Numbered from the stretch's first letter, positions 1 to 8,270 are shown. The stretch is 11,868 nt of DNA from Deltaproteobacteria bacterium TL4 (GCA_051382335.1 JBBCAX010000296.1:1-11868); one strand, 5' to 3'. Numbers and translations are program-made. The notes: generated by a model from the letters alone, not told the origin.

Positions 1-177
1 GGGTTAACATGATTTTTGAAAAATTGTTAATACACTACTCCTGATTGAGTTGCAATTTCTACTAATTTTTAGACAGTGTGGCCGAACTTACGACCAAGCC
101 CCACATGTTTATTATATGCAACTGAATTCATTTAGGTTAAACCCCGAACACCTATAAAATGAACATCTATATCTTAG

Positions 178-346
178 TTCTACTTTGGTAACTTTAAATT
201 TTTTGCCAAGAACACACAAGAACGCACAAGAAATTTTTAATCACTGGAAATGAGTGAGATATTCCCTAATTTCACTAAGAATCTTTGGTGAAAACGCATT
301 TAAAAATTTGTTCTTGTGTGTTCTTGGCTAATTTACCAAACTAGAA
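178..346. mobile_element. MITE-like non-autonomous element (14-bp terminal inverted repeats, TTAG direct repeats)
   Basis: TTCTACTTTGGTAA (178-191) matches the reverse complement of TTACCAAACTAGAA (333-346) at 13/14 positions. TTAG flanks both ends (174-177 and 347-350), consistent with a target-site duplication. There is no coding capacity. Mobility is inferred. Confidence 0.5.
205..328. repeat. Perfect 19-bp inverted repeat built from 10-nt tandem units
   Basis: GCCAAGAACACACAAGAAC (205-223) is the exact reverse complement of GTTCTTGTGTGTTCTTGGC (310-328). CAAGAA recurs at 207, 217 and 227 (period 10). AAATTTTTAA (231-240) also pairs with TTAAAAATTT (300-309). Confidence 0.9.
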
Positions 347-380
347 TTAGTGACGACTAATCCATATAAAAGAGGTGATT

Positions 381-857
381 ATGAACTGGCAAGAAGTGTG
401 TGCAGATCCGAATTTGCAAAATTTGCCCTATAAGATAGAACTCAATGAACAAGGACAAATTATTATGAGTCCAGTTAAAGTTTTTCACTCCCTTGCTCAA
501 GGAAAAATTTCACATTTACTCAGAACACTAAAACCGGAAGGGGAAGTCGCTGTGGAATGTGCCATACAAACGAATAGAGGGACTAAAGTTGCGGATGCTG
601 TTTGGATGTCACAAGAACGATACAAGGTGGTTAAATATGAAACCGAGTGTTCCATTGCTCCAGAAGTTTGTGTTGAAGTTATGTCATCAGGCAATACAAA
701 AATGAAAATGCAGGATAAACGACAATTGTATTTTGAGCAAGGAGCCTATGAATTCTGGATTTGTGACGAAAAAGGTTTTTTGAGTTTTTATCAACCTGAA
801 GGAAAAATGAAGCATTCCCTGCTTATACCAGATTTTCCTGAAAAAATTGAGATTTAG
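381..857 (+). CDS. Uma2 family (DUF820) putative restriction-like endonuclease, PD-(D/E)xK fold
   Basis: Family-typical segments are present: 'YKIELNEQGQIIMSP..FHS..Q', 'KVADAVW', 'APEVCVEVMSSGN', 'KRQLYFEQGAYEFWICD'. ATG 381 is preferred over GTG 375 because the SD-like AGAGG (371-375) lies 5 nt upstream of it. Confidence 0.9.
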   Translation: MNWQEVCADPNLQNLPYKIELNEQGQIIMSPVKVFHSLAQGKISHLLRTLKPEGEVAVECAIQTNRGTKVADAVWMSQERYKVVKYETECSIAPEVCVEVMSSGNTKMKMQDKRQLYFEQGAYEFWICDEKGFLSFYQPEGKMKHSLLIPDFPEKIEI

Positions 858-869
858 TTAAAACTTTAA

Positions 870-887
870 ATTTTGGAAAAATGTCTA
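870..887 (-). mobile_element. IS-type terminal inverted repeat (right end of an element extending leftward over the Uma2 gene)
   Basis: ATTTTGGAAAAATGTCTA has reverse complement TAGACATTTTTCCAAAAT, which is 17/18 identical to 8302-8319. It lies 12 nt after the Uma2 stop codon. Confidence 0.55.
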
Positions 888-901
888 TTAAAAGACCGCG
901 T

Positions 902-3900
902 TTATTCGGTGACAATAACAAATAACTCTTCCAGGGCGTTTTTGAGGGCGATTTGTTCTTCGAAAGTCATCATGACGAACTTTAAGCCGAAGCGCCATGA
1001 AGGGTCACCGATTTCATTTTCGTAGAGACGTCCCCAGACAACTTGACAAGACAAGCGGAAGGTATTTTGATTGAGAAAATCGTCAAGTGTGGGTTTTTTA
1101 AAGAAAATCGTAACAATGATGATTTCTCCAGTTTCGATAAAATGGCCCAATTCCAACTCAATTCCGGTTAAGGAAATATTGATCACAATTCCCGCGCAAT
1201 GAGGTCGGGAGGTATCAAAATAAATATCAGTGGTGGTATTGAGCAAAAACCGATTGGCGTAACGTGGTTTGAATGCTTTGGATGTGCTTTTTTCCAAGCG
1301 GTTGGAGAGCATGCAAACCAGATTGTATGAAAATTTCGCGGCTAACCGTTTGCTTCGTAATCTCATGCGTTCCAGGCTTTCCGCATTAAGAAACAGGACT
1401 TCGGAGTTTTCCAAAGCGGTCACGGTGGTATGTCGTCTCTGGTGCGTTTTCAGCAAACAAAGTTCCCCTATCAGATCGCGCTCTCTGATGTTATCCATGG
1501 TGACTTTTTCTCCAGCCGCATCCACATAAGCAACCAATTTACCCGAAACAACAAGCATGATATAATCGCCAGGATCGCCGATAGCAAAAACAGTTTTACC
1601 CGCAGGAATAGACTGTATCTCACAATACTTGGCAAATTTTTCCCGTTCACGGAGACTGATATTTTGGAAGATATTCACAAAGATTGGAGGCTGTTTGGGT
1701 GCGTCGTCGTTCCAATTGGTATCAATCTCACTCCCTGCCTGTTGCAACTCTTTGATTTGTCCAATCATACGATCATCGGTATTTTTGATAGACGCGGCCA
1801 GACTGGCGGAAAGATTCAAAAAAAGTTTGGAGGCAATGGCGGGATAGCGTTTTTGAACTCTGGTCAGAATTTCTTGAGTAATCACCAGGAGTCTTGTCGG
1901 CTCTGTCGCTTTGGCAGAGGCAGAACGTCTGGATTGACGAAACAAACCCATTTCGCCAAAGGTCTTCCCTGTTCCTTGTTGCGCGAGTTGGCTATATTCT
2001 CCATGAAATTTTTCGTCAAAGAAGATACAAATATTTCCGCTCAACACGACAAACATCTCATTGCCATAACCATTTTCCTCAAATAAGACACTGCCTTTTT
2101 CCAGAGCCACCGTGTAGGCCATCAACGTTGCGATTTTTGCTTCACGAATGCTCATGTTTTGAAACAAGTCAAATTTCTGTAGAAGTTCATCATTGAATTT
2201 GAGTCCCACATAATCCCAGACCGTAATGAGTTGGGTTTCCATCATGATTGAAGGGAGAAAGGTGAGGTCTGTCATGAGACATATCCAGAGCGTAAAGGCC
2301 ACTAAGGCCCCAAAAAGAATTTGTGCTTCCATATCGGAAATCACAAATACACCAAAGCCTGTGGTTAAGGCCACCGTTGTCCAAATCATTGCCTTTCCGA
2401 TCTGTTTAAGTGTCATTGGAGATGCAATTTTTGGATGCCGTGTTTTTTTCACGTTTTCGTTATAATGGGTTAAGAAATGGATGGTGTCATCAACGCCAAT
2501 TCCGAGGGCAATGGAGGCAATCACAGAAATTGTAATTCCAATAGGGATCTTCAACCACCCTAACATCCCAAAGAAAACTACGACGGCAACAACACTCGGA
2601 TAGAGTGCGATAAGCCCCATTTTCCACGAAAAGAAAAGCGCGGAAAGGATTGTGAAAATGATACACAAGGCCAGAATCACACTGTTGATCTGGCTTTTGG
2701 CAATATTAGTTACAGACTCACTGGCTAAGACACCACCGCCCGTATATTGAGTGGTCACCTCGGGTAAGAAGGTCGGAATTTTTTGATCCAGGAGATCTCG
2801 AAGTTGAATAAAGGCGGTGGATCCCGGGAGTTTTAAACGCAGGGTGATTTGCATCAGTTGCTGTTCTTCACTATAAAAATTGAGGACCTTGTGTTGATTG
2901 ACCGTTTTAAAAAAGTGACGAACCTCCGCATCGGTTATCCCTTCCAAGCCTTGATAATAAATTTCCAAATACTCAACAGGCGTGTAAACTTTATCAATAC
3001 GGAGCCCCTCAATGTTTTGAATCTCGTTTGGTTTTTGTGCTTGGAGTAACCATTGTTTTAATTCGTTGATCCCTTTAATCGTTTCTATACTCAAGAGCGA
3101 AGGCGATTTAAATACAATCCGTAGATTATTAATTCCCGCAAGGTTATCTTCAATAAAATTCAAGTCCTGAACTATCTCTGATTCTGCTTTAAAACTGGTT
3201 GTGGCGGTATCTACGGTCACCCTGAAAATTCCCAATGCGGCAATAAAACCAATGAGTAGCCAACCGGACACCACAGCTTTGGAATGTTCTTTGATAAAAA
3301 CGGATAGTTGGTGAAGAATGTTGTCTAGAAACCCTTCCTGAATTGCTCGACAAGAAGGGGTTGGTAAGCGGCACAAATTCAACAATGCCGGTGCCAAGGT
3401 CAATGAAAGCAAGAAGATAAAGGTAACGCCAATGCACGAATAAAGTCCAAGCTCTCTGATGGCAGGGATAGGACTGACCATCAACGCTGCAAATCCGCCA
3501 ACAGTCGTAAGTGCGGCCACAAACAAAGGGATTGTAGCGTGCGTGATGGTATTATTAACGATTTCTCGCCGACTGTCTTTGGTATACCGTACCTCATAAT
3601 AAAACTGACTCAGCGTGTAAATGACATAAGCACTCCCCACACAAATGAGAGTTGGAGGGCAAGCCATGGTTACCAGGTTTAAACGTTCTCCCATCAAAGC
3701 AAACACTCCTGCTGTCCATAAAATGCCAAGCAGTACCACCATTAGAGGAATAATCACGCCCCGAATGCTTGTAAAAAAAAGGATCAACACGAGAACAATG
3801 AGCAGGAGGCTCAGGGGGAGAATTCGTTGCAAATCGCGACGTACGAGTTTGGAGGCCTCATATTCCTGACGAGATTGGCTGGCATAAGCGATTTTAAAGC

Positions 3901-4765
3901 CATGGTCCTGGAACTCTGTCAGGAGTTGGCGCAAGGCCCTTTGGGTTTTTTGATTACTGGGATGAGCCTTCGCATCAAAGAGAACCATCAGCGCGGCCGT
4001 TTTAAAGTCTGTGGAAATAAGATCTTTTTGAATCAGCGTATCTTGTTTGATTTGCTGGAAGGCTTCCTGAATTTGCTGTTCTGCTTTGCCAAGAAGTTGT
4101 TGCCTGGTTTGGTTATAGATATCTGGAGTACAAATTTTTTCACCAATTTGGGCTTCTGCTTCCAAATTTTCAGCAAAGCTGCCTGGAATACCGCTTTTGC
4201 TGTTCCCTCCCTCTTCCCCTTGAAAATCAGCGTCTAACGCTAAACTGTCTTCTAATTCATTGTCAGTCGCAGGTGTAGGGAGATTTTGACGTTGGGAGGG
4301 GGACTGGTTCAAACAGGCGTATTCGTGTGCATACTGTTCCAGGATTGAAACACAAATGGAACCTGTCGCTTCTTGATGGAAATAGGATTTGCCTGTACAA
4401 GGACCCCTATGTTGAGGAATATTCGTTAAACTAAGGACCCGCTCCACATGTTCCATTTTTTCAGGAATCGCCCGGGTCAACTGATCCATTTTCTGGAAAA
4501 AGGCGAGATTCAGCTCCTTGGAGGGAGGAGGCTGTACCGCAATGATTAAAGCCTCTTCATTTCCAAAAATTTGCCGCATTTTCTTAAATTCTTCATAGAT
4601 TCCTGAGTCGCGACTGATAAAAGGCTCCAAAGTGCTGTCAATGTTCAACTGTCCGTTTACAAAAATCTTCTGCTGGGCGTAAAAATAAAAAAAGACGCTG
4701 ATCAGCAGGGTGCAGATAATAATGAGTTTCGGATATTGATTTATAAATTTAAGCGTCTGAATCAT
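902..4765 (-). CDS. MMPL/RND-superfamily exporter fused to two cyclic-nucleotide-binding domains and a C-terminal PilZ domain
   Basis: The protein has two repeats of TM + periplasmic loop + TM bundle, with MMPL motifs 'AALTTVGGFAAL', 'ASIALGIGVDDTIHFL' and 'WTTVALTTGFGVF'. cNMP1 (about aa 865-990): 'LFEENGYGNEMFVVLSG...FGEMGLFRQSRRSASAKA'. cNMP2 (about aa 1030-1160): 'VFAIGDPGDYIMLVVSGKL...IGELCLL..QRRHTTVTA'. PilZ (about aa 1167-1287): 'RYANR' (RxxxR), 'NISLTG' ([D/N]xSxxG), 'CQVVW', 'RFGLKF'. Confidence 0.9.
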   Translation of the reverse strand: MIQTLKFINQYPKLIIICTLLISVFFYFYAQQKIFVNGQLNIDSTLEPFISRDSGIYEEFKKMRQIFGNEEALIIAVQPPPSKELNLAFFQKMDQLTRAIPEKMEHVERVLSLTNIPQHRGPCTGKSYFHQEATGSICVSILEQYAHEYACLNQSPSQRQNLPTPATDNELEDSLALDADFQGEEGGNSKSGIPGSFAENLEAEAQIGEKICTPDIYNQTRQQLLGKAEQQIQEAFQQIKQDTLIQKDLISTDFKTAALMVLFDAKAHPSNQKTQRALRQLLTEFQDHGFKIAYASQSRQEYEASKLVRRDLQRILPLSLLLIVLVLILFFTSIRGVIIPLMVVLLGILWTAGVFALMGERLNLVTMACPPTLICVGSAYVIYTLSQFYYEVRYTKDSRREIVNNTITHATIPLFVAALTTVGGFAALMVSPIPAIRELGLYSCIGVTFIFLLSLTLAPALLNLCRLPTPSCRAIQEGFLDNILHQLSVFIKEHSKAVVSGWLLIGFIAALGIFRVTVDTATTSFKAESEIVQDLNFIEDNLAGINNLRIVFKSPSLLSIETIKGINELKQWLLQAQKPNEIQNIEGLRIDKVYTPVEYLEIYYQGLEGITDAEVRHFFKTVNQHKVLNFYSEEQQLMQITLRLKLPGSTAFIQLRDLLDQKIPTFLPEVTTQYTGGGVLASESVTNIAKSQINSVILALCIIFTILSALFFSWKMGLIALYPSVVAVVVFFGMLGWLKIPIGITISVIASIALGIGVDDTIHFLTHYNENVKKTRHPKIASPMTLKQIGKAMIWTTVALTTGFGVFVISDMEAQILFGALVAFTLWICLMTDLTFLPSIMMETQLITVWDYVGLKFNDELLQKFDLFQNMSIREAKIATLMAYTVALEKGSVLFEENGYGNEMFVVLSGNICIFFDEKFHGEYSQLAQQGTGKTFGEMGLFRQSRRSASAKATEPTRLLVITQEILTRVQKRYPAIASKLFLNLSASLAASIKNTDDRMIGQIKELQQAGSEIDTNWNDDAPKQPPIFVNIFQNISLREREKFAKYCEIQSIPAGKTVFAIGDPGDYIMLVVSGKLVAYVDAAGEKVTMDNIRERDLIGELCLLKTHQRRHTTVTALENSEVLFLNAESLERMRLRSKRLAAKFSYNLVCMLSNRLEKSTSKAFKPRYANRFLLNTTTDIYFDTSRPHCAGIVINISLTGIELELGHFIETGEIIIVTIFFKKPTLDDFLNQNTFRLSCQVVWGRLYENEIGDPSWRFGLKFVMMTFEEQIALKNALEELFVIVTE

Positions 4766-4812
4766 AGTGTTATTCTAAGGATGGTTACACTTTGAAGGCG
4801 TAAACCCTAAGG

Positions 4813-6669
4813 CTACAACTTAAGAAAGGTTCGCGTGTAAATCAAAAAGATTTGATCGGAGATAACAGCTTCTCCCAGCATTTTTTGCACATCGGTTTCG
4901 GCGTGAAACATACGCAGTTGCCACTTTGAGGAAAACTCGTATCGATTCCACATCCAGGTATTAACAATCGCTCTCAGTTGATAAGGATAGGTTTGTAGGG
5001 TTGCTAAGGTCGTATTGACACTATCATTGAACTCAAAGGCAACTAATCCTGAAACTTGGGTTTTTCTTAAGTCTCGTTCTACCTGTAAGGGCGTTGCCTC
5101 GTTTTCATAAAACAAAATATGAGTATCTGGCGGAACTTGAAAAAGGAAACGGTCGGAGTAGGTTGCCATCAGAAAAAAGCGGGAAAATGTTTTTTCCAGC
5201 GAGGTCGCCACCGCAAAATGAGGCAATCGAACCGTACGGTACCTCAAGTTGTCATCACTGAGTCTTTCGTAATGACTAAAGTTTTTATGGTCAAACAACC
5301 CGGAGTCGAGCTTCCAAACCAACCCTCCAATTTCCGCGTCCAATTCTAATGTGAAAAAATTAACAAAGGATTCGGTCTCTTTAAACGTACTGATAAAATT
5401 ATCAATAGTGCTTTTTTCATCAAGAAAATTGGTGTCCACCAAATCCGCTCGTTTGTATTCCCACTCCATGGTATTGACTTGATCAAACCAATGGAAAAAA
5501 CCAATACGTGTCGCAAAATTGCCTTTCCACTCATGCTGGAGACCAAAATAGTCCCTGACAAAAGATCGACTTTCCCGCTCTTGTCCTGCGTCACGCGCGT
5601 TAGAGTCCTCACGAAACTCTGTAAATTCCATCCCCAAGGATCGCTGCTGCAACGGAGCCGCATAGAGGGTGAGCACTTTCTTTCGACGAACCCAGTCATA
5701 TTTCAAAGCGGTCAAGGATTCTTTCGTCGAGTCCGGATCAAGGGTGTTGAGTGCGCTGAAATTGCCTTTATTCAAAGCGTCAATGGTACGGTCAAAATCC
5801 ACTTTTCCAATTTTGAAAATTTGACTTCCAACGCGAAATTGATGCTTATCCAATTCATAATTCAGATAGATTTCCCGAAGCACAAAAGTATTATCGATAT
5901 AGCGCTGGTTGTTTGTATCAAAATTTTGCGCAAAGGCGATGGAAATTCTGACAAAATTATATAATTTGGGAGAAGTTCGAATCCGAATTGTTTGCTGATA
6001 AGAGGTAATAAAGCGAAGCTCTGTAATCGTGAGATCCCGATTTTCGAAGGAAATTAAACCACTGGTCGCCGTGTATCCTCCCAGCACACGGTATTGGTGT
6101 GTGAAGGAAAGTTGAGGTTCAAAATTTTCATCTTCATCCTCCTTGCCCTCGCCATCGTCAGTCTCCTCGTTTGTGGAGGTGGAGACGTCAACTTCTTTTT
6201 TATTGGCAAACGGGTCTTCGAACGAATCCTCTCCAAACGGGTCTTCCTTCGCACCGTTGACAAGCGGGTTCTTATTTTTGGCAGGAGGGTCTTTATTCTC
6301 AGTGGGAGAACCTTTCCCAGCAACCGGCGGGTTTTCATTTTCCGAGGCAAAGGGATCTTCTTCCAGGGAAAGATTGTTTTCGTCTCCTGGGGCAGGTTTT
6401 GAAGAGGTCTTGGCGGCAGAAGGCGGGGCTGAAAAAGGATCCTCTTCCAAACCCAAACTTTCTTCAGAAGAGGTCTTGGCTTTGTCCGTGTCGGAAGCAA
6501 ACGGGTCCTCCTCAAGTCCCAAGGAAGGCTCAGTGTCTTCCCCCGGAAAGGCTTCTTCACCATGAGCCGGAGTTGCGGTTAATAAAAGACACAGTCCCAA
6601 GAAAAAAAGAAGAAGACCCAGGCTTGCCCAGTGTTTAGTTGGTATTGAACAAAAAGTCATAGTTTGCAT
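4813..6669 (-). CDS. Exported protein, probable outer-membrane beta-barrel (DUF1302-like position in operon) with acidic low-complexity N-terminal repeats
   Basis: A signal peptide ('KHWASLGLLLFFLGLCLLLTATPAHG') is followed by about 150 aa of acidic/Pro-rich sequence, then an aromatic-rich beta-strand-like region. That region includes 'LREIYLNYELDKHQFRVGSQIFKIGKVD', which resembles the 'LREAY...LRxGRQxxxWG' barrel motif, and the C-terminus 'IFLIYTRTFLKL'. The start may be ATG 6660 or 6669; both overlap the upstream gene's stop, suggesting translational coupling. Confidence 0.65.
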   Translation of the reverse strand: MQTMTFCSIPTKHWASLGLLLFFLGLCLLLTATPAHGEEAFPGEDTEPSLGLEEDPFASDTDKAKTSSEESLGLEEDPFSAPPSAAKTSSKPAPGDENNLSLEEDPFASENENPPVAGKGSPTENKDPPAKNKNPLVNGAKEDPFGEDSFEDPFANKKEVDVSTSTNEETDDGEGKEDEDENFEPQLSFTHQYRVLGGYTATSGLISFENRDLTITELRFITSYQQTIRIRTSPKLYNFVRISIAFAQNFDTNNQRYIDNTFVLREIYLNYELDKHQFRVGSQIFKIGKVDFDRTIDALNKGNFSALNTLDPDSTKESLTALKYDWVRRKKVLTLYAAPLQQRSLGMEFTEFREDSNARDAGQERESRSFVRDYFGLQHEWKGNFATRIGFFHWFDQVNTMEWEYKRADLVDTNFLDEKSTIDNFISTFKETESFVNFFTLELDAEIGGLVWKLDSGLFDHKNFSHYERLSDDNLRYRTVRLPHFAVATSLEKTFSRFFLMATYSDRFLFQVPPDTHILFYENEATPLQVERDLRKTQVSGLVAFEFNDSVNTTLATLQTYPYQLRAIVNTWMWNRYEFSSKWQLRMFHAETDVQKMLGEAVISDQIFLIYTRTFLKL

Positions 6670-7483
6670 TTTTTAATTGGGGATCTTTTTTAAGATCCAA
6701 ATACAAAAAATAGTTTTGATTTTTGTCCTTAACGACATTGATCAATGTTTCAAAAATATACGAATTTTCGTTGCCTTGCGTTGTTCTTATTCGTGCCGCT
6801 GTCGAAATCCACTCTCCCGCAAGTTGGGTGTAATATTTGGGATAAAAGCGATAAACCTTACGTAGGGTTGTTCCCACAAAGAAATTGACGGTCACCGGAA
6901 CTTTTTTTTCTTTGTGGTAAAAACCTATAATTTTATCATAAGGGGCCTCGCCCTTGGTCTTAAGGGTTACGATCTTAATATGGTCCGGCTGTTTTTCCAA
7001 GCCAAAGCAATGGGACTCATAGTTTTCATGATAGAAAATTTCAAAATCCGCCCGGTCAATGTTGGTTCCCCTGAGGGTTGAAGTGCTCTCAGAAACATGG
7101 AATCGTCGACATTGGTCGTTAGTCGTCCAATTACACTGGGAACAGAGAAATTGCTGTGCTCCCAGTTCAACAATACACTGGGGAGCGTTCGGGCCTTTGA
7201 CAAAGAAAAGACGTTTGTTATTGTTTACGCGTAACGAGTAGATGAGTTCCTTTTTCTTTTCCCGGAGCTGGCTGTTCTTTTTTTTGCAGAGTTCATTTTC
7301 ACAAGGATCGAGGACAATTTGAGCGCTTAAATCATTACGAAATAAAGGGTTAGACGCTTTGACTTGAGTCAAAAAACTTCGGATTTTCTGGTTTGTATCT
7401 AAATCGTTACAATCAATCGCGAACGTGGCTCTGGAGGTGAGAAAGACAAGCAAAAATAAAAACAGGGAGTAGAATCGAAGCAT
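6635..7483 (-). CDS. Periplasmic outer-membrane lipoprotein-sorting (LolA-like) protein, Cys-rich variant
   Basis: Signal peptide ends in 'ATFA'. 'TLRGTNIDRADF', 'YDKIIGFYHKEKKVPVTVNFF', 'TLRKVYRF' and 'LAGEWISTAARI' parallel the LolA_like pattern (F.GTDFSYED / YSK...IDK....P.KIEYY / L.K / I.G.W.P). The gene is adjacent to MMPL and barrel genes, as is typical for that family. Confidence 0.65.
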   Translation of the reverse strand: MLRFYSLFLFLLVFLTSRATFAIDCNDLDTNQKIRSFLTQVKASNPLFRNDLSAQIVLDPCENELCKKKNSQLREKKKELIYSLRVNNNKRLFFVKGPNAPQCIVELGAQQFLCSQCNWTTNDQCRRFHVSESTSTLRGTNIDRADFEIFYHENYESHCFGLEKQPDHIKIVTLKTKGEAPYDKIIGFYHKEKKVPVTVNFFVGTTLRKVYRFYPKYYTQLAGEWISTAARIRTTQGNENSYIFETLINVVKDKNQNYFLYLDLKKDPQLKNANYDFLFNTN

Positions 7484-7676
7484 ATCCAGTTATGATGGTA
7501 TAGAATTCCAGATTATCAAAAAACAAGTAACATGTTTCTCTCTGAGTCACATTGATTCATGTCTCTGTTCACACCTGTAGCACTTAGACAGAGTCTTGTA
7601 AATAGTGTTCTCATCCCTCCTTCAATAAAACCAGGATCCTCCAGCCAGGAACGAATAATCGTCGTTTTCCTTTTTT

Positions 7677-8270
7677 TCAGTTTTGGCGCTGAGTGTCCTC
7701 ACCCTTTAAGACTTTTCCCAGTAAAAATATTTCGACACTTTCTTGTCTCGAACTTTTAGGTTTGCATATTTTGACTTGCTGAAAGGTTTGCTGAAATTCC
7801 TTACGAAGCTGTTCGAAGGGCCCACCTTGAAAAGCTTTGACCAAGAGCGTCCCTTGTGGCTGTAAATGGTGTTTCGCAATTTCCAGAACTTGTTGACATA
7901 AGGCATAACTACGGTCCGCATCGACAGTTCGAATGCCCGTGGTGTTTGGGGCCATATCGCTGAGAATGACGTCAAAAGAGGGGAATGCCGCAAAAGAAAA
8001 TTCGAAAATATCCGCTTGGATGACCTCAACCCAGTCAGGTAGTTTTCCGGTAACGGGTTTGAGGTCAAGACCGGTCAGTTTTCCGTGAGCTCCAATCTTT
8101 GCGGAAGTATACTGCAGCCAGGAACCCGGAGAACATCCCAAATCCAACACCTGCTGTCCCCGTTTGAGCAACTGATGCTTACTGTCGATTTCTTCAAGTT
8201 TGAAGGCTGAGCGTGCGGCATAGCCCTCTTTTTTTGCTTTTTGATAATAATGATCCTTGACTTCTTTCAT
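7677..8270 (-). CDS. rlmE: 23S rRNA Um2552 2'-O-methyltransferase RlmE (FtsJ/RrmJ)
   Basis: Contains 'DHYYQKAKKEGYAARSAFKLEEID', the SAM motif 'VLDLGCSPGSW', 'VILSDMAPNTTG', 'LLVKAFQG' and 'KPKSSRQESVEIF', with the K-D-K-E tetrad intact. ATG 8270 has an upstream GAGGG and is preferred over TTG 8276. Confidence 0.95.
   Translation of the reverse strand: MKEVKDHYYQKAKKEGYAARSAFKLEEIDSKHQLLKRGQQVLDLGCSPGSWLQYTSAKIGAHGKLTGLDLKPVTGKLPDWVEVIQADIFEFSFAAFPSFDVILSDMAPNTTGIRTVDADRSYALCQQVLEIAKHHLQPQGTLLVKAFQGGPFEQLRKEFQQTFQQVKICKPKSSRQESVEIFLLGKVLKGEDTQRQN

Noticed and set aside
1269..4237. Several plus-strand and alternate-frame ORFs (e.g. 1430-2086, 3827-4237)
   Set aside because: They are shadows of the MMPL gene with no recognisable motifs.
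5119..7241. Overlapping ORFs such as 5479-5964, 6054-6563 and 6143-6565
   Set aside because: They are alternate-frame or antisense products of the barrel and LolA-like genes. Their biased composition reflects the low-complexity repeat region.
7533..7551. CRP-like site upstream of the cNMP-domain operon
   Set aside because: Only one TGTGA/TCACA half-site is present; the other half does not match at the required 6-nt spacing.
7516..7622. Small minus-strand ORF (MRTLFTRLCLS...) preceded by AAGGAGGG
   Set aside because: The SD-like sequence abuts the ATG with almost no spacing, and the 32-aa product has no recognisable features.
381..8270. Uma2 nuclease + methyltransferase as a restriction-modification or defence system
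   Set aside because: The methyltransferase is a canonical rRNA enzyme (RlmE), about 7 kb away and on the opposite strand. The cNMP domains belong to a transporter, and there is no cyclase in the window to suggest Pycsar or CBASS.
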